DNA from: Actinomycetota bacterium
Lineage (GTDB): Bacteria > Actinomycetota > Acidimicrobiia > IMCC26256 > PALSA-610
Direction of reading: 5' to 3'
Assembly (NCBI GenBank): GCA_005779345.1
Contig: SXJQ01000121.1
Span: forward strand, 1 to 34,089
DNA length: 34,089 nt
Part shown: positions 18,401 to 26,642 of the stretch, one piece after another
How positions within the stretch are numbered: position 1 is the first letter of the stretch
Layout of the letters: every line of letters begins with the position of its first letter
Notes under the pieces: generated by a model
The model's database searches: none
What the model was told of the DNA's origin: nothing
What the model saw: only the letters and a program-made list of their open reading frames with translations
Translations under genes and position numbers: made by a program

Positions 18401-21400
18401 GCGTCGTCGACGACCGTCGCTGCGACCTTGTACTCCCCACCGACACCGGTGTCGATCGAACAGGCGACGGGCTCGGTCGACGAGGTCACCTCGCACGATT
18501 GGGGATCGACCTCGGTCTCGATCCATTCGCCGTTGTCGAACTTCGAGACCATCCGCGACGCCGTGATCGTCACCTTCCGACCATCGACGGCGTCTCCGTC
18601 GATGTCGGTGACGATCGCCTCGATGTCGAGTGGTTCTCCCTCGCGGACGAATTGGCGTGTGCCGCGCAATCCGACGTACAGGGTCGATGGGTGGACGAGC
18701 AGCTCGAGGTTCGACGCGAAGCTCTGGCGGTTCACGTCTTCGACGGCGGCGTTGGCGGAGACGGTGATCGGGAGGTCGGGCTTTTCGCCCTCGAAGTCGA
18801 GTTGCAGATAGTGGGTCCCCGTCGAATCGGTGCGTCCCGTGTAGGTCGCCGCGTTCTCTTCCACCTGCGGCCCGCAACAGATCTCGCCGTCGTACTCCGC
18901 GGCGAAGTCCGCGGCGAACCCACGGCCACCGAAATCTTCCATCCAGTAGGGCCGCCACTCGCCGAACGTGAACGACGTCCAGTTCGGCGGCGAGTACGTC
19001 GTCGAGCGCGTGGTCACCTGCCAGGTCACGCCCGCGTCGGGCAGCGTGCCACCCGAGAAGTACTCCGCCTGAGCGGCAACGGTCACCGGCTCGGTGAGCA
19101 GGTGCGGCCCTGCACTCTCGGCCCGGGCGACCACCTCGAACTCCGGCCGGCGGAACTCCTGGATCTGGAACGCGACCGACGCCGCGCTCCCCGGCTCGTC
19201 GTCACCGACCATCACGTCGAGGGAGGCGGAGCCGAGCGCCGCGCCGACCGGGAGGTCGAGTTCGAGGTCGAAGCCGCTGACCGGGCTCAGCTCGACGCTG
19301 CCCTTGCCCAACTCCGTGCCGAACGAGTCGTAGGCGATCCACGTGGCGTTCCGATCGCCGGCGAGCGGCGTCACGCGCGCGTCCGCGGACAAGCGCACTC
19401 GCCGGAACCACCCCTTCACGTGCACCGTCTCACCCGGCCGATACAGGCCGCGGTCGTCGAACGCGAACCCGACGATCTGATCGCCGGTCGAGGTCGGTGC
19501 CCATTCGTACGTCGCGTCCGCAGGTAGGAGCGCGACGTCGTCGCCCTGGGTCGCGGTCAGATAGTGGGCCCGCGCGAGTGCCAGCCGCGCCACGCCGTCG
19601 TCGTCGGTCGTCGAACCGACCTCGGTACCGCCGAGTTGCACCTGGACTCCTTCGAGCGGCGTGCCGTCGCGCAGGTCGGTCGCCCACGCGATCAGCTCGT
19701 CGTCACTCGCGAGCGCGTCGACCCCGATCCCCGTGACCTGGACCCAGGTGATCGTCGGTCGGTTGTTCCAGTAGAAGTCGTCGTTCTCTCGGAACTCCCG
19801 CGTCGGTGAAACGACCACGACGAGGTGACCGGAGGCGCCATCGAGATCGGCACCGAGGTCGATGGTCGACTCCGCCAGTTCGCCACCCCCACCTTCGACC
19901 GTGATCGTCGACCGCGACACCAGCCGCCAGTCGGGTCGCCGCGCGTCGCGGCCGTCACCCTCGAAACGAGCGCGGACGTAGGCCTGATACTCGATCCACT
20001 GCGTTGGAGTGACCGCGAAGACCTCGACCTTCAGGGTCTCGTGCCCGACCGAGGTCACCGCGACGGTCGGCCGCTCGGCCATCGGGTCGGTCGTGGTGAG
20101 CTCGCGCGAGAACCCGATGAGCGCGGGCGCGGCTCGGCCGACCTCGAACTCCACCGTCTCGTCGGCGCCGAGCGTCTGGCCGAAGGTGTCGCGCAGTTCC
20201 GCCGGGAACTGCACGGTGTAGGTCGTGTTCGCCGTGGTCGCAGCGTCGACGACCACGGTGTTCTCGTACATGCCGACCGTTGCAGTCACCGCCGGCTCGA
20301 TCTTCACGAGGTCGGGATCGAACGCGTCGGCGTCGAGGGCGTTGTTGAACTCGATCGTGAATTGGCTGCCGGGCCGGCAGCCCTCGCCGTACCCGCACTC
20401 GTGCCGCGCGATCTCGAGTTCCGCGTAGGTCGTCGCCGTGTGGACCGAGGCCTTCGTGGTCGTGCGGGGTCCTTCAGCCGACGGCGTCTCCGGACCGATC
20501 GCGATTTCGAGGGGCGATCCGTTCGGCAGGGCTTCCTCGGGGCGGAACGCGACCCAACGCCCCTCCTCGGCCTCTTCGACGATTTGACGCGCGCGATCGT
20601 CGGCCTCGATCTCGGCCGCGGTCGCAGGTCGCACGTCGCGAGCGTCGTCGCCGGCCGTCAGCTCGATGGTCGCGACGACCGCGTCGACGTCGACACGCTG
20701 GTCGAACGTCGCGACGAAGACCGGCTCGGTGTCGACGGTCATGCCTTCGGGTGCGAACGTCAGCACGCGCGGGGGTGGCGTGCGGAAGGTCCATCGCACG
20801 GTCTCGTCGAGGCGACCGCCCGTCTGCGATTTCGTCCCGGCCGGGACCTCGACCGTGTACTCGGTCGCCATCGGGAGGCGGTCGACGGCACCGGCGGAAC
20901 CCCCGAACTCGAAGCGCACGGTCCGCGTCCCGATCCAACGCCAGCGTCCTTCGAGCGCCGGTGTGACCTTCACGGGCACCTCGGCGTCGTCGAGTTGGGC
21001 CAACGTGCCGACCGGCACCATGGGCTGGTTGAAGGTGACGCTCAGATCGGGCGCGATGTCGACGTCGCCGACGGGTTGCGATCGCACGACCTCGAGTGGT
21101 CCGTCGGCAGCCGTCGGGGGCGCGGGTCGCGTCGCGCCCCCGAGCGGAACGTCGATCGTCTCACCGGCGCGCGGTCGCGGTCGCGACTCCGGCGGCCGGT
21201 TGAACCGAACGCGGTCGTCGTCGCGGTCGAACGTCGGGAGGTCGCGCACGACCGCGGCGATCGCGTCCCCGTCGAGGTCGTCGCCCTGCACCACGGCGAG
21301 GGCCGGCTCGGCGGCAACGACCGGGCTCCCTGCACTGAGCGCCACCGTGAAGGGACCGGTGTCGCGGGCCGCGCCCGGCGGCAGGCTGGTCGACGGCTCC

Positions 21401-21492
21401 GACTCGTCACCGCCGCTCGAACAGGCCGCGGCGACGAGGGCCATGCACAGGCCGAAGGCGACCCCCCGGTGGATCCTTCGGTTCGACCTCAT
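15439..21492 (-). CDS. alpha-2-macroglobulin family lipoprotein (2017 aa), thioester motif absent
   Basis: The internal ATG at 21492 is preceded by GGGGGA. It gives MRSNRRIHRGVAFGLCMALVAAACSSGG, a lipoprotein-type signal with Cys. The size and the MG-domain / thioester-domain-like layout fit bacterial A2M. The site aligned to YPYGCLEQ reads YPYESADAY (nt 16891-16917), so the Cys and Gln are missing. Confidence 0.9.
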   Translation of the reverse strand: MRSNRRIHRGVAFGLCMALVAAACSSGGDESEPSTSLPPGAARDTGPFTVALSAGSPVVAAEPALAVVQGDDLDGDAIAAVVRDLPTFDRDDDRVRFNRPPESRPRPRAGETIDVPLGGATRPAPPTAADGPLEVVRSQPVGDVDIAPDLSVTFNQPMVPVGTLAQLDDAEVPVKVTPALEGRWRWIGTRTVRFEFGGSAGAVDRLPMATEYTVEVPAGTKSQTGGRLDETVRWTFRTPPPRVLTFAPEGMTVDTEPVFVATFDQRVDVDAVVATIELTAGDDARDVRPATAAEIEADDRARQIVEEAEEGRWVAFRPEEALPNGSPLEIAIGPETPSAEGPRTTTKASVHTATTYAELEIARHECGYGEGCRPGSQFTIEFNNALDADAFDPDLVKIEPAVTATVGMYENTVVVDAATTANTTYTVQFPAELRDTFGQTLGADETVEFEVGRAAPALIGFSRELTTTDPMAERPTVAVTSVGHETLKVEVFAVTPTQWIEYQAYVRARFEGDGRDARRPDWRLVSRSTITVEGGGGELAESTIDLGADLDGASGHLVVVVSPTREFRENDDFYWNNRPTITWVQVTGIGVDALASDDELIAWATDLRDGTPLEGVQVQLGGTEVGSTTDDDGVARLALARAHYLTATQGDDVALLPADATYEWAPTSTGDQIVGFAFDDRGLYRPGETVHVKGWFRRVRLSADARVTPLAGDRNATWIAYDSFGTELGKGSVELSPVSGFDLELDLPVGAALGSASLDVMVGDDEPGSAASVAFQIQEFRRPEFEVVARAESAGPHLLTEPVTVAAQAEYFSGGTLPDAGVTWQVTTRSTTYSPPNWTSFTFGEWRPYWMEDFGGRGFAADFAAEYDGEICCGPQVEENAATYTGRTDSTGTHYLQLDFEGEKPDLPITVSANAAVEDVNRQSFASNLELLVHPSTLYVGLRGTRQFVREGEPLDIEAIVTDIDGDAVDGRKVTITASRMVSKFDNGEWIETEVDPQSCEVTSSTEPVACSIDTGVGGEYKVAATVVDDAGGRNRSELTRWVSGGEAIPSRNVEQEAATVVPDQDRYAPGDTAELLVIAPFSDAHGLLTISANGTTTTQRFALDEGSAVVEVPITDAHVPGVGLQVDLAGQAPRLRDDGKVDADLPPRPAFATASLSLLVEPAAETLTVTAEARERVSEPGEQGTVDVAVTAANGSAVADAEVAVVVVDEAVLSLTGYELPDPIGAFYPPRADEQYFDYLRNSLVLANPATFGREPAPASTTTSPAGQDEDGRSSEDSAGTGGDLAPGDAQYDGESYSANRVRLTADGVEVRTDFGALALFAPRVRTDASGTASVTFDLPDNLTRYRVMAVVADDGGRFGAGESTLTARLPLQVRPSAPRFANFGDRFEFPVVLQNLTDEPIVADLVIETSNLTVTGSSGRRVEVPANDRVEVRFPAEAESAGTARFRVTTAGADRVDSVSGAFPVYTPVTTEAFATYGVIDDGAIVQPLLTPSGVVPEFGGLEIDTSSTAMQALTDAIVYLEDYPYESADAYASRIIALTSLRDVFAAFGGEGVPTAAEVDDRIEADIAALVALQRDDGGFSTWTRFGDPQPYVSVQATEALVLARIAGFGVGDEPHRRALAYIHDIESYFPSYWDAQARHAVSAYALRVRGRAGDRDPAKAESLYRSDDALPLDALAWLWPVVDDPEIDAEIARTIANVAHDTPGAVTFSSGYDDGAHLVLASDRRTDGIVLDALISERPDSDLIPKAVAGLIGNQVKGRWNNIQENGFILVALQRYFATFEAQTPSFVARVWLGDDYAAEHAYEGRSIDRRHTLVPMTELGGDPDIVLAKDGSGRLYYRLGLRYAPSDLTLDPRDEGFVVDRVYEAVDDEGDVRRDGTGTWHIEPGAMVRVRVTMVADSNRTNMVLVDPLPAGLEAVNPVLAASPRPPAEDPVAGSDPVGLPTWYGWTWFDHENLRDDRVEAYGSYLYGGTYEYTYIARATTPGVFVVPPARAEEIYAPEVFGRSAGDTVAIG

Positions 21493-21581
21493 CGTGTATC
21501 CCCCGCGTTCACGCCGAGCAGCTCTGCCCACATAGACGTTGGGGCCGCGCCGTGGGTTCCCGACCGTGCGAGGAGCCGCGC

Positions 21582-21884
21582 TCAGCCGTCGAGCCGCGGG
21601 TACGGGTCGTCGATGACGTCGGCGGTACCGGGCTCGAGGATCTCGCCCGCAGCGTGCGCCACCGAGAGATCGTCGATCTCGCAGACGACGCCCGGCTGCT
21701 CCTCCCACTCCTGGAGGAGATCGGCCGCGGCGTCCTCGCTCTCGCAGAGTTCGGTGGCGACCAGCTTGCCGTGACGGTACGCGCGCACCTCCAGCGTGGG
21801 GTGTTCGATCTCGTCACGGGAGAAGTCGGGGCGCGAGACGTCGGAGGCCACGACGTCAGCGCGCCAGGTGGATGATGTGGGCAT
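21582..21884 (-). CDS. small acidic hypothetical protein
   Basis: GC3 is very high on the minus frame, while the antisense + ORF is Arg/Gly-rich. There is no recognisable family. The ATG at 21884 overlaps the DUF1918 gene by 29 nt, and an alternative GTG at 21851 lies 6 nt after that gene's stop. Confidence 0.6.
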   Translation of the reverse strand: MPTSSTWRADVVASDVSRPDFSRDEIEHPTLEVRAYRHGKLVATELCESEDAAADLLQEWEEQPGVVCEIDDLSVAHAAGEILEPGTADVIDDPYPRLDG

Positions 21885-22050
21885 CGACGCCGGGATAGAA
21901 GATCCCCTCGACGCCGTCGTCCCAACGGACCCTGAAACGAGTCACGTCACCGTCGGTCAGCACCTCGAGGATCTCGCCCTTGCGTTCCGGCTCGCCCACG
22001 TGGTGGCCCTCGATGACGAACTCGTCCCCAACCTTGCCCTTCATCTGCAT
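21856..22050 (-). CDS. DUF1918 domain protein (64 aa)
   Basis: MQMKGKVGDEFVIEGHHVGEPERKGEILEVLTDGDVTRFRVRWDDGVEGIFYPGVDAHIIHLAR matches the DUF1918 pattern (GD.l.i.gh.vg...R.GeIleV....G.PPY.VRW.DG.e....PG.DA). It is the C-terminal tail of the 402-aa ORF in the track; the remainder of that ORF is antisense to the next gene. Confidence 0.8.
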   Translation of the reverse strand: MQMKGKVGDEFVIEGHHVGEPERKGEILEVLTDGDVTRFRVRWDDGVEGIFYPGVDAHIIHLAR

Positions 22051-22227
22051 CACGCGCTCCCGTCGACCGGCGGACAGTTCAACACCGCGACCAGCATCCG
22101 ACCGGGAGGCGGGCTTGAACATGGTCCTTCGACCCCTCGCGCCGAAGTTCTCGGGAATCGCGCACCGAGCGACCACCTGCGAGCAGCGGCCGCGCCACCC
22201 GGGCCGGCCGGTATCCTCGGCCCTCGC

Positions 22228-22992
22228 ATGCCGAACCCGATCGACGTCTCGACCCACGGACCGCTCTCCCACACCGAGGCCATGCGCCTCCAAGGTGTCG
22301 AACTCGACCGCGCGATCGGGGTACTGCGGTCGCTCACGGCCGACGAGTGGCACACACCGACCGACTGCCCCGAATGGGACGTACGACGCATGTACCTGCA
22401 CGTGCTCGGTGCGTGCGAGGCCGGGGCATCGTTCAAGGAGAACGTCCATCAGATGGTCGGGGCGATGCAGCATCGTCGCGCGAACGGCGGCCCCCTCGAG
22501 GCGGCGCTCTCCGGCATCCAGGTGCGCGAGCGCGCGGCGCTCACGCCCGAACAACTCGTCGAACGCCTCAGCGCCGTCGCTCCCCGCACCGTCGCGCAGC
22601 GCACCAAGATGCCGTCGCTCGTCCGACGGCTCTCGATGAAGGTCGACGGCCCCGTCGTCGAGCGGTGGGCGCTCGGATACCTCATCGACACGATCTACCT
22701 GCGCGACCTGTGGATGCACCGCGTCGATCTCGCGATGGCGACCCGACGCCCCGTCGAACTCACGGCCGATCACGACCGGATCATCGTGGCCGATGTCGTC
22801 GCCGAGTGGTTCCGCCGGCACCGCACCGCTTTCGCTCTGACCCTGAGCGGCCCGGCGGGAGGCGACTACTTCGCTCCAGGCCCGGATCGGACGGCCGAAC
22901 CGCTCGAGCTCGACGCCGTCGAGTTCTGTCGCGTCCTCGCCGGCCGTTGCCCCGCGCCCGACGGACTGCTCGAAACCGTCGTCCCGTTCTGA
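22228..22992 (+). CDS. DinB-fold / mycothiol-dependent maleylpyruvate-isomerase-like (TIGR03083-type) protein
   Basis: From ATG 22228: MPNPIDVSTHGPLSHTEAMRLQGVELDRAIGVLRSLTADEWHTPTDCPEWDVRRMYLHVLG is the typical N-terminal DinB/MDMPI_N pattern. Confidence 0.75.
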   Translation: MPNPIDVSTHGPLSHTEAMRLQGVELDRAIGVLRSLTADEWHTPTDCPEWDVRRMYLHVLGACEAGASFKENVHQMVGAMQHRRANGGPLEAALSGIQVRERAALTPEQLVERLSAVAPRTVAQRTKMPSLVRRLSMKVDGPVVERWALGYLIDTIYLRDLWMHRVDLAMATRRPVELTADHDRIIVADVVAEWFRRHRTAFALTLSGPAGGDYFAPGPDRTAEPLELDAVEFCRVLAGRCPAPDGLLETVVPF

Positions 22993-23014
22993 GCGGGAGA
23001 CCGGGGCGGGAGAT

Positions 23015-24256
23015 TCACGATCTCGCGCGCTCGTGGTCGATGACGAAGGCTTCGAGGCATTCACCGATGTAGTCGCAATCGTCGTCGGTCATCGAGTGGT
23101 TGTTGGGCAGGATCACACCCCACTCCATGACTCGATCCGCGTTGGGGAGCCCCGCCGCAGGTTGGCGGAACGGACGATCGCGAAACGCCGGTTGTCGGGC
23201 CGCGTTACCCGTCCACACCATGCGCGTGTCGACGCCGTGGCGCTCCATCCACTGTTGGAACGCGCTCCGCCGGATTCCTGACTCGGGGCGGATGATCACG
23301 GGGAACATGTGCCAGCCCGTCGCGACGCCCTCGGTGAGCCGCGGTAGGTCGAACAGCTCGGGGTACGCGGCGAAGTGGCCGGCGGTGAGCTCGAAGTTGC
23401 GCTGACGCCGCGCGAGGTTGTCGGCGAGCTTGTCGAGCTGAACGAGTCCGAAGGCGGCCGACAGCTCCGACGGCTCGAAGTTCCACCCGACTTCGTCGAA
23501 GATGAACAAGTTGTCGTACTCGATGTCGCCGTCGATGGTGCTGAAGAAGCTGCGCTCGACTCCCTTCGTCGACCCGAACAACTGCACCTCAGAGCGTCGA
23601 CCCCAGCGGCGCAACAGGAGCGCCCGATCGGCGAGGTCGTCGTCGTCGAAACACACCATCCCACCGGTGCCGGCGGCGGTGATGATGTGGGAGAGCGCGA
23701 AGCTCGTGAGGCTGATGTCGGTTCGGGCTCCGGTCGGCGCCCCGCGCAGGGTGAGGCCGAGGGCATCGCACGAGTCCTCGACCACCCGCAGATCATGACG
23801 ATCCGCGATCGCGCGGATCGCGTCCCAGTCGGGGGCGTTGCCGATCAGGTTCGGCGCCAGGATCGCCCTCGTACGCGGCCCGATCATCTCCTCGATCGCG
23901 TCGACATCGATCTGGAACGTGTCGGCGATGATGTCGACGTAGGCCGGCACGAGTCCGCTCCGCACCATCGGCGCGATGTCGGTCGAGAACGTGCAGGGAG
24001 ATGTGACGATCTCGTCGCCGGGTTCGAGCCCGAGTACTTCGATCGCGAGGTAGAGCGCCGAACTCCCCGAGTTGCACATGATGCCGCGCGGCTTCCCGAA
24101 CAGCGCGGCGACGCGCTCCTCCATGGCACGCACGTGCTTGCCGATGCGCAACGCAGTCGGCCCGCCGCGCAGCACCGCGACAACAGCTTCGATCTCGCGT
24201 TCGTCGTGCACCGACCCCGCGTAGTCGATCCGCCGATTGGTCTCGATCCTGCTCAT
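23015..24256 (-). CDS. DegT/DnrJ/EryC1/StrS-fold enzyme of the RfbH/ColD (sugar 3-dehydratase) type
   Basis: Contains NSGSSALYLA, GDEIVTSPCTFSTDIAP and EDSCDALG. At the Schiff-base site the sequence is SFALSHIITAAGTGG, with His where aminotransferases have Lys. A strong SD (AGGAGG) precedes the ATG at 24256. Confidence 0.85.
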   Translation of the reverse strand: MSRIETNRRIDYAGSVHDEREIEAVVAVLRGGPTALRIGKHVRAMEERVAALFGKPRGIMCNSGSSALYLAIEVLGLEPGDEIVTSPCTFSTDIAPMVRSGLVPAYVDIIADTFQIDVDAIEEMIGPRTRAILAPNLIGNAPDWDAIRAIADRHDLRVVEDSCDALGLTLRGAPTGARTDISLTSFALSHIITAAGTGGMVCFDDDDLADRALLLRRWGRRSEVQLFGSTKGVERSFFSTIDGDIEYDNLFIFDEVGWNFEPSELSAAFGLVQLDKLADNLARRQRNFELTAGHFAAYPELFDLPRLTEGVATGWHMFPVIIRPESGIRRSAFQQWMERHGVDTRMVWTGNAARQPAFRDRPFRQPAAGLPNADRVMEWGVILPNNHSMTDDDCDYIGECLEAFVIDHERARS

Positions 24257-24425
24257 GTCTTCCTCCTAACCTGCCGCCACCGGACCGGAGCGTGGCGGAG
24301 ATCATCGACGAGTCGGCAAGCTAGGTCACTTCCAACTTTCGGAGCACCCTCCCGTTACATCTAGGCTCGGCCCCCGGAGACGGCGCTCGGATCGCGTCGA
24401 CTGCGAACACCTCGGTGGACATCTC

Positions 24426-25934
24426 ATGACGACGAACGACGACGCGGGCGAATGGGTCGAAGTCCTCGACGACCTCGAGCGTCGGCGCGCGGCATCGCGC
24501 GCGATGGGTGGCGACGAGCGGCTGCGCAAGCATCGCGACGCCGGCAAACTCGATGCTCGCGCGCGCGTCGACGTGTTGCTCGACACCGGCTCCTTCCGCG
24601 AGCTCGGCACGCTCGTCGGCGGCGAGGAGGCACCGGCGGACGCCATCGTGATGGGCTCGGGCCGGATCGCCGGTCGCCCCGTGATGGTCGCGGCGGAGGA
24701 CTTCACCGTCAAGGCCGGCACGATCAGCGCTGCCGCGAATTCTAAGCGGTACCGGGTCGCCGAGATCGCGATCGCCGATCGGGTCCCGTTGATCATGATG
24801 CTCGAGGGCGCCGGCTTTCGAGCCGACGGCCGCGGTCACGGCGCCCGCACCCCGACCGACATGCTCGCCCAGGCGCGCTGCTCGGGGCGGGTGCCGCTCG
24901 TGACGGCAGTGCTCGGCGCGTCTGCCGGACACGGCGCGCTCGTCGCGCCGATCTCGGACTTCTCGGTGATGAGCCGCCACGCTTCGATCTTCACGGCGGG
25001 TCCACCGGTCGTGAGCGAGTCGATCGGGGAGCAGGTCACCAAGGAAGAACTCGGGGGCCCCGATGTCGCGCTCCCGAGCGGCCTGGTCCACAACCTCGCC
25101 GACGACGACGCCACCGCGCTCGAACAGGTGCGGATGTATCTCGGTTACTTCCCGGCATCGGCGTGGTCGTATCCGGATCGCGCGACGACCGGCGACGACG
25201 GATCGCGGCTCGTCTCCGAGATCCTCGACATCGTGCCGCGCAACCCTCGCCGGGTCTACGACATGCGACGCGTGATCGATGTCGTGTTCGACGCCGACTC
25301 GTCGTTCGAGGTGCAGCCGACGTTCGGACGTCCGATCATCTGCGCGCTCGCGCGTCTCGGCGGGCATCCCGTCGCGGTCGTCGCGAACCAGCCGATGGTG
25401 CTCGCCGGATCGATCAACGCCGATGCCGCCGATAAGGCCGCGCACTTCATCACCGTCGCCGACTCGTTCCATTTGCCCTTGATGTTCTTGTCCGACAATC
25501 CCGGCGTGCTGCCGGGCACTGCGTCGGAACGCGAAGCGATCCTCCGCAAGGGCGCGCGCATGTACGCGGCCCAGACGCAGGCGACGTCGCCCAAGTTCGA
25601 GGTCACGATGCGCAAGGCATACGGGTTCGGTTCGATGGTGATGGGCATGATTCCCTTCGACGGTCAGTCCGCCGTGTTCGCGTTTCCGGGAGCGACGATG
25701 GGCGCGATGGGCGCGTCGGCCATGAGTCGCGCCCGAGGCTCCGACGACGAAGAGGCCGCGATGCTGCGAACCCGAGAGGTCGAGGCGTCGTACCGCTCCG
25801 CGCAGACCTTCGGTTTCGACGAACTCATCGACCCGCGCGAGATCCGCAACGCGCTGCTGCACTCGCTCGAGCGCGCGCTGCAACGCCGGCAGGCGGCCCC
25901 CGAACCGGTCGCGCGCATCGGCATCATGCCCTAG
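24426..25934 (+). CDS. acyl-CoA carboxylase carboxyltransferase (beta) subunit
   Basis: A two-domain carboxyltransferase pattern: RLRKHRDAGKLDARARVDVLLD, GRIAGRPVMVAAEDFTVKAGT, GGHPVAVVANQP and MFLSDNPGVLPG. No biotin carboxylase or BCCP partner is in the window. Confidence 0.9.
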   Translation: MTTNDDAGEWVEVLDDLERRRAASRAMGGDERLRKHRDAGKLDARARVDVLLDTGSFRELGTLVGGEEAPADAIVMGSGRIAGRPVMVAAEDFTVKAGTISAAANSKRYRVAEIAIADRVPLIMMLEGAGFRADGRGHGARTPTDMLAQARCSGRVPLVTAVLGASAGHGALVAPISDFSVMSRHASIFTAGPPVVSESIGEQVTKEELGGPDVALPSGLVHNLADDDATALEQVRMYLGYFPASAWSYPDRATTGDDGSRLVSEILDIVPRNPRRVYDMRRVIDVVFDADSSFEVQPTFGRPIICALARLGGHPVAVVANQPMVLAGSINADAADKAAHFITVADSFHLPLMFLSDNPGVLPGTASEREAILRKGARMYAAQTQATSPKFEVTMRKAYGFGSMVMGMIPFDGQSAVFAFPGATMGAMGASAMSRARGSDDEEAAMLRTREVEASYRSAQTFGFDELIDPREIRNALLHSLERALQRRQAAPEPVARIGIMP

Positions 25935-25946
25935 CCATCTCAGCAG

Positions 25947-26543
25947 GTGTGCTCACGTCGGCAGCAGCGCACGGAATTCGCACGCGAGCGCATCGGTCCC
26001 CCCGTATCGTCTCGCGTCGTGCAGCGCGATGCCGACGTCGAGATCCGTCCCGAACAACCGAGCGACTTCGATGCCATCGACCGCGTCGTCGGCGACGCCT
26101 TCCTCGCCGAGTTCGGCTCGAATTCGGAGGTCGCCCTGGTCCGCACGATGCGGGCGCGCGGCGAACTGGTCGCCGACCTGACGCTCGTCGCGCTCCGCGA
26201 CGAGGTCGTCGTCGGCCATCTGGCGATGAGCGAGGTGACACTCGACGGGCGCGCTGCAGGCGGGCTCGGCCTCGCGCCCGTCGCGGTCGCGCCGGCGCTC
26301 CAGGGGCGTGGCGTCGGGTCGGCGCTGATCGAGGCGGCCCTCGCGCGGGCCGAGGCAGCGGGCTGGCGCTTCGTCGTGCTCCTCGGGCACGAGCACTACT
26401 ACCCGCGCTTCGGTTTCGAACCGGCGAGTCCACGCGGTCTGACCGGTGACTACGGCGACCACGACGGCTGGATGGTGCGCGCGCTCGGCGACTTCGACGT
26501 GCCGAGTGGGCACGTTCGATACGGCTCGGCGTTCCGCGATTGA
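25947..26543 (+). CDS. GNAT family N-acetyltransferase (YhbS-like)
   Basis: VAVAPALQGRGVGSALIEAALARAEAAGWRFVVLLGHEHYYPRFGF is the acetyl-CoA-binding Q/RxxGxG/A motif. The probable true start is GTG 26019 (VQRDADVEIRPE). Confidence 0.85.
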   Translation: MCSRRQQRTEFARERIGPPVSSRVVQRDADVEIRPEQPSDFDAIDRVVGDAFLAEFGSNSEVALVRTMRARGELVADLTLVALRDEVVVGHLAMSEVTLDGRAAGGLGLAPVAVAPALQGRGVGSALIEAALARAEAAGWRFVVLLGHEHYYPRFGFEPASPRGLTGDYGDHDGWMVRALGDFDVPSGHVRYGSAFRD

Positions 26544-26589
26544 CGCGAAATGTGAGGCGACCGACGGCCGGGATCAAGATCTTCTCGGC

Positions 26590-26623
26590 GCACCGGGGCG
26601 ACTCTGCCTCGTCGCCCCGGTGC
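26590..26623. terminator. bidirectional hairpin between the convergent GNAT and mazF genes
   Basis: A perfect 13-bp stem, GCACCGGGGCGAC / GTCGCCCCGGTGC, with an 8-nt loop (TCTGCCTC), checked base by base. Confidence 0.6.
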
Positions 26624-26642
26624 CGGGACGATCGTCACGGAC

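Noticed and set aside
8502-21492. A functional protease-inhibitor pairing of the S8 protease with the A2M-like protein.
   Set aside because: The two genes are separated by four unrelated genes (flavodoxin-like, permease, ALDH) with mixed orientation, and nothing in the sequence links them. It is kept only as a speculative thought.
16564-21774. Very long plus-strand ORFs (987 aa at 16564..19527 and 649 aa at 19825..21774) opposite the A2M gene.
   Set aside because: They are Arg/Gly/Asp-rich with low-complexity composition and no motifs, and they lie exactly antisense to a gene with clear family signatures and high GC3. This is the typical stop-codon-poor antisense artefact of high-GC DNA.
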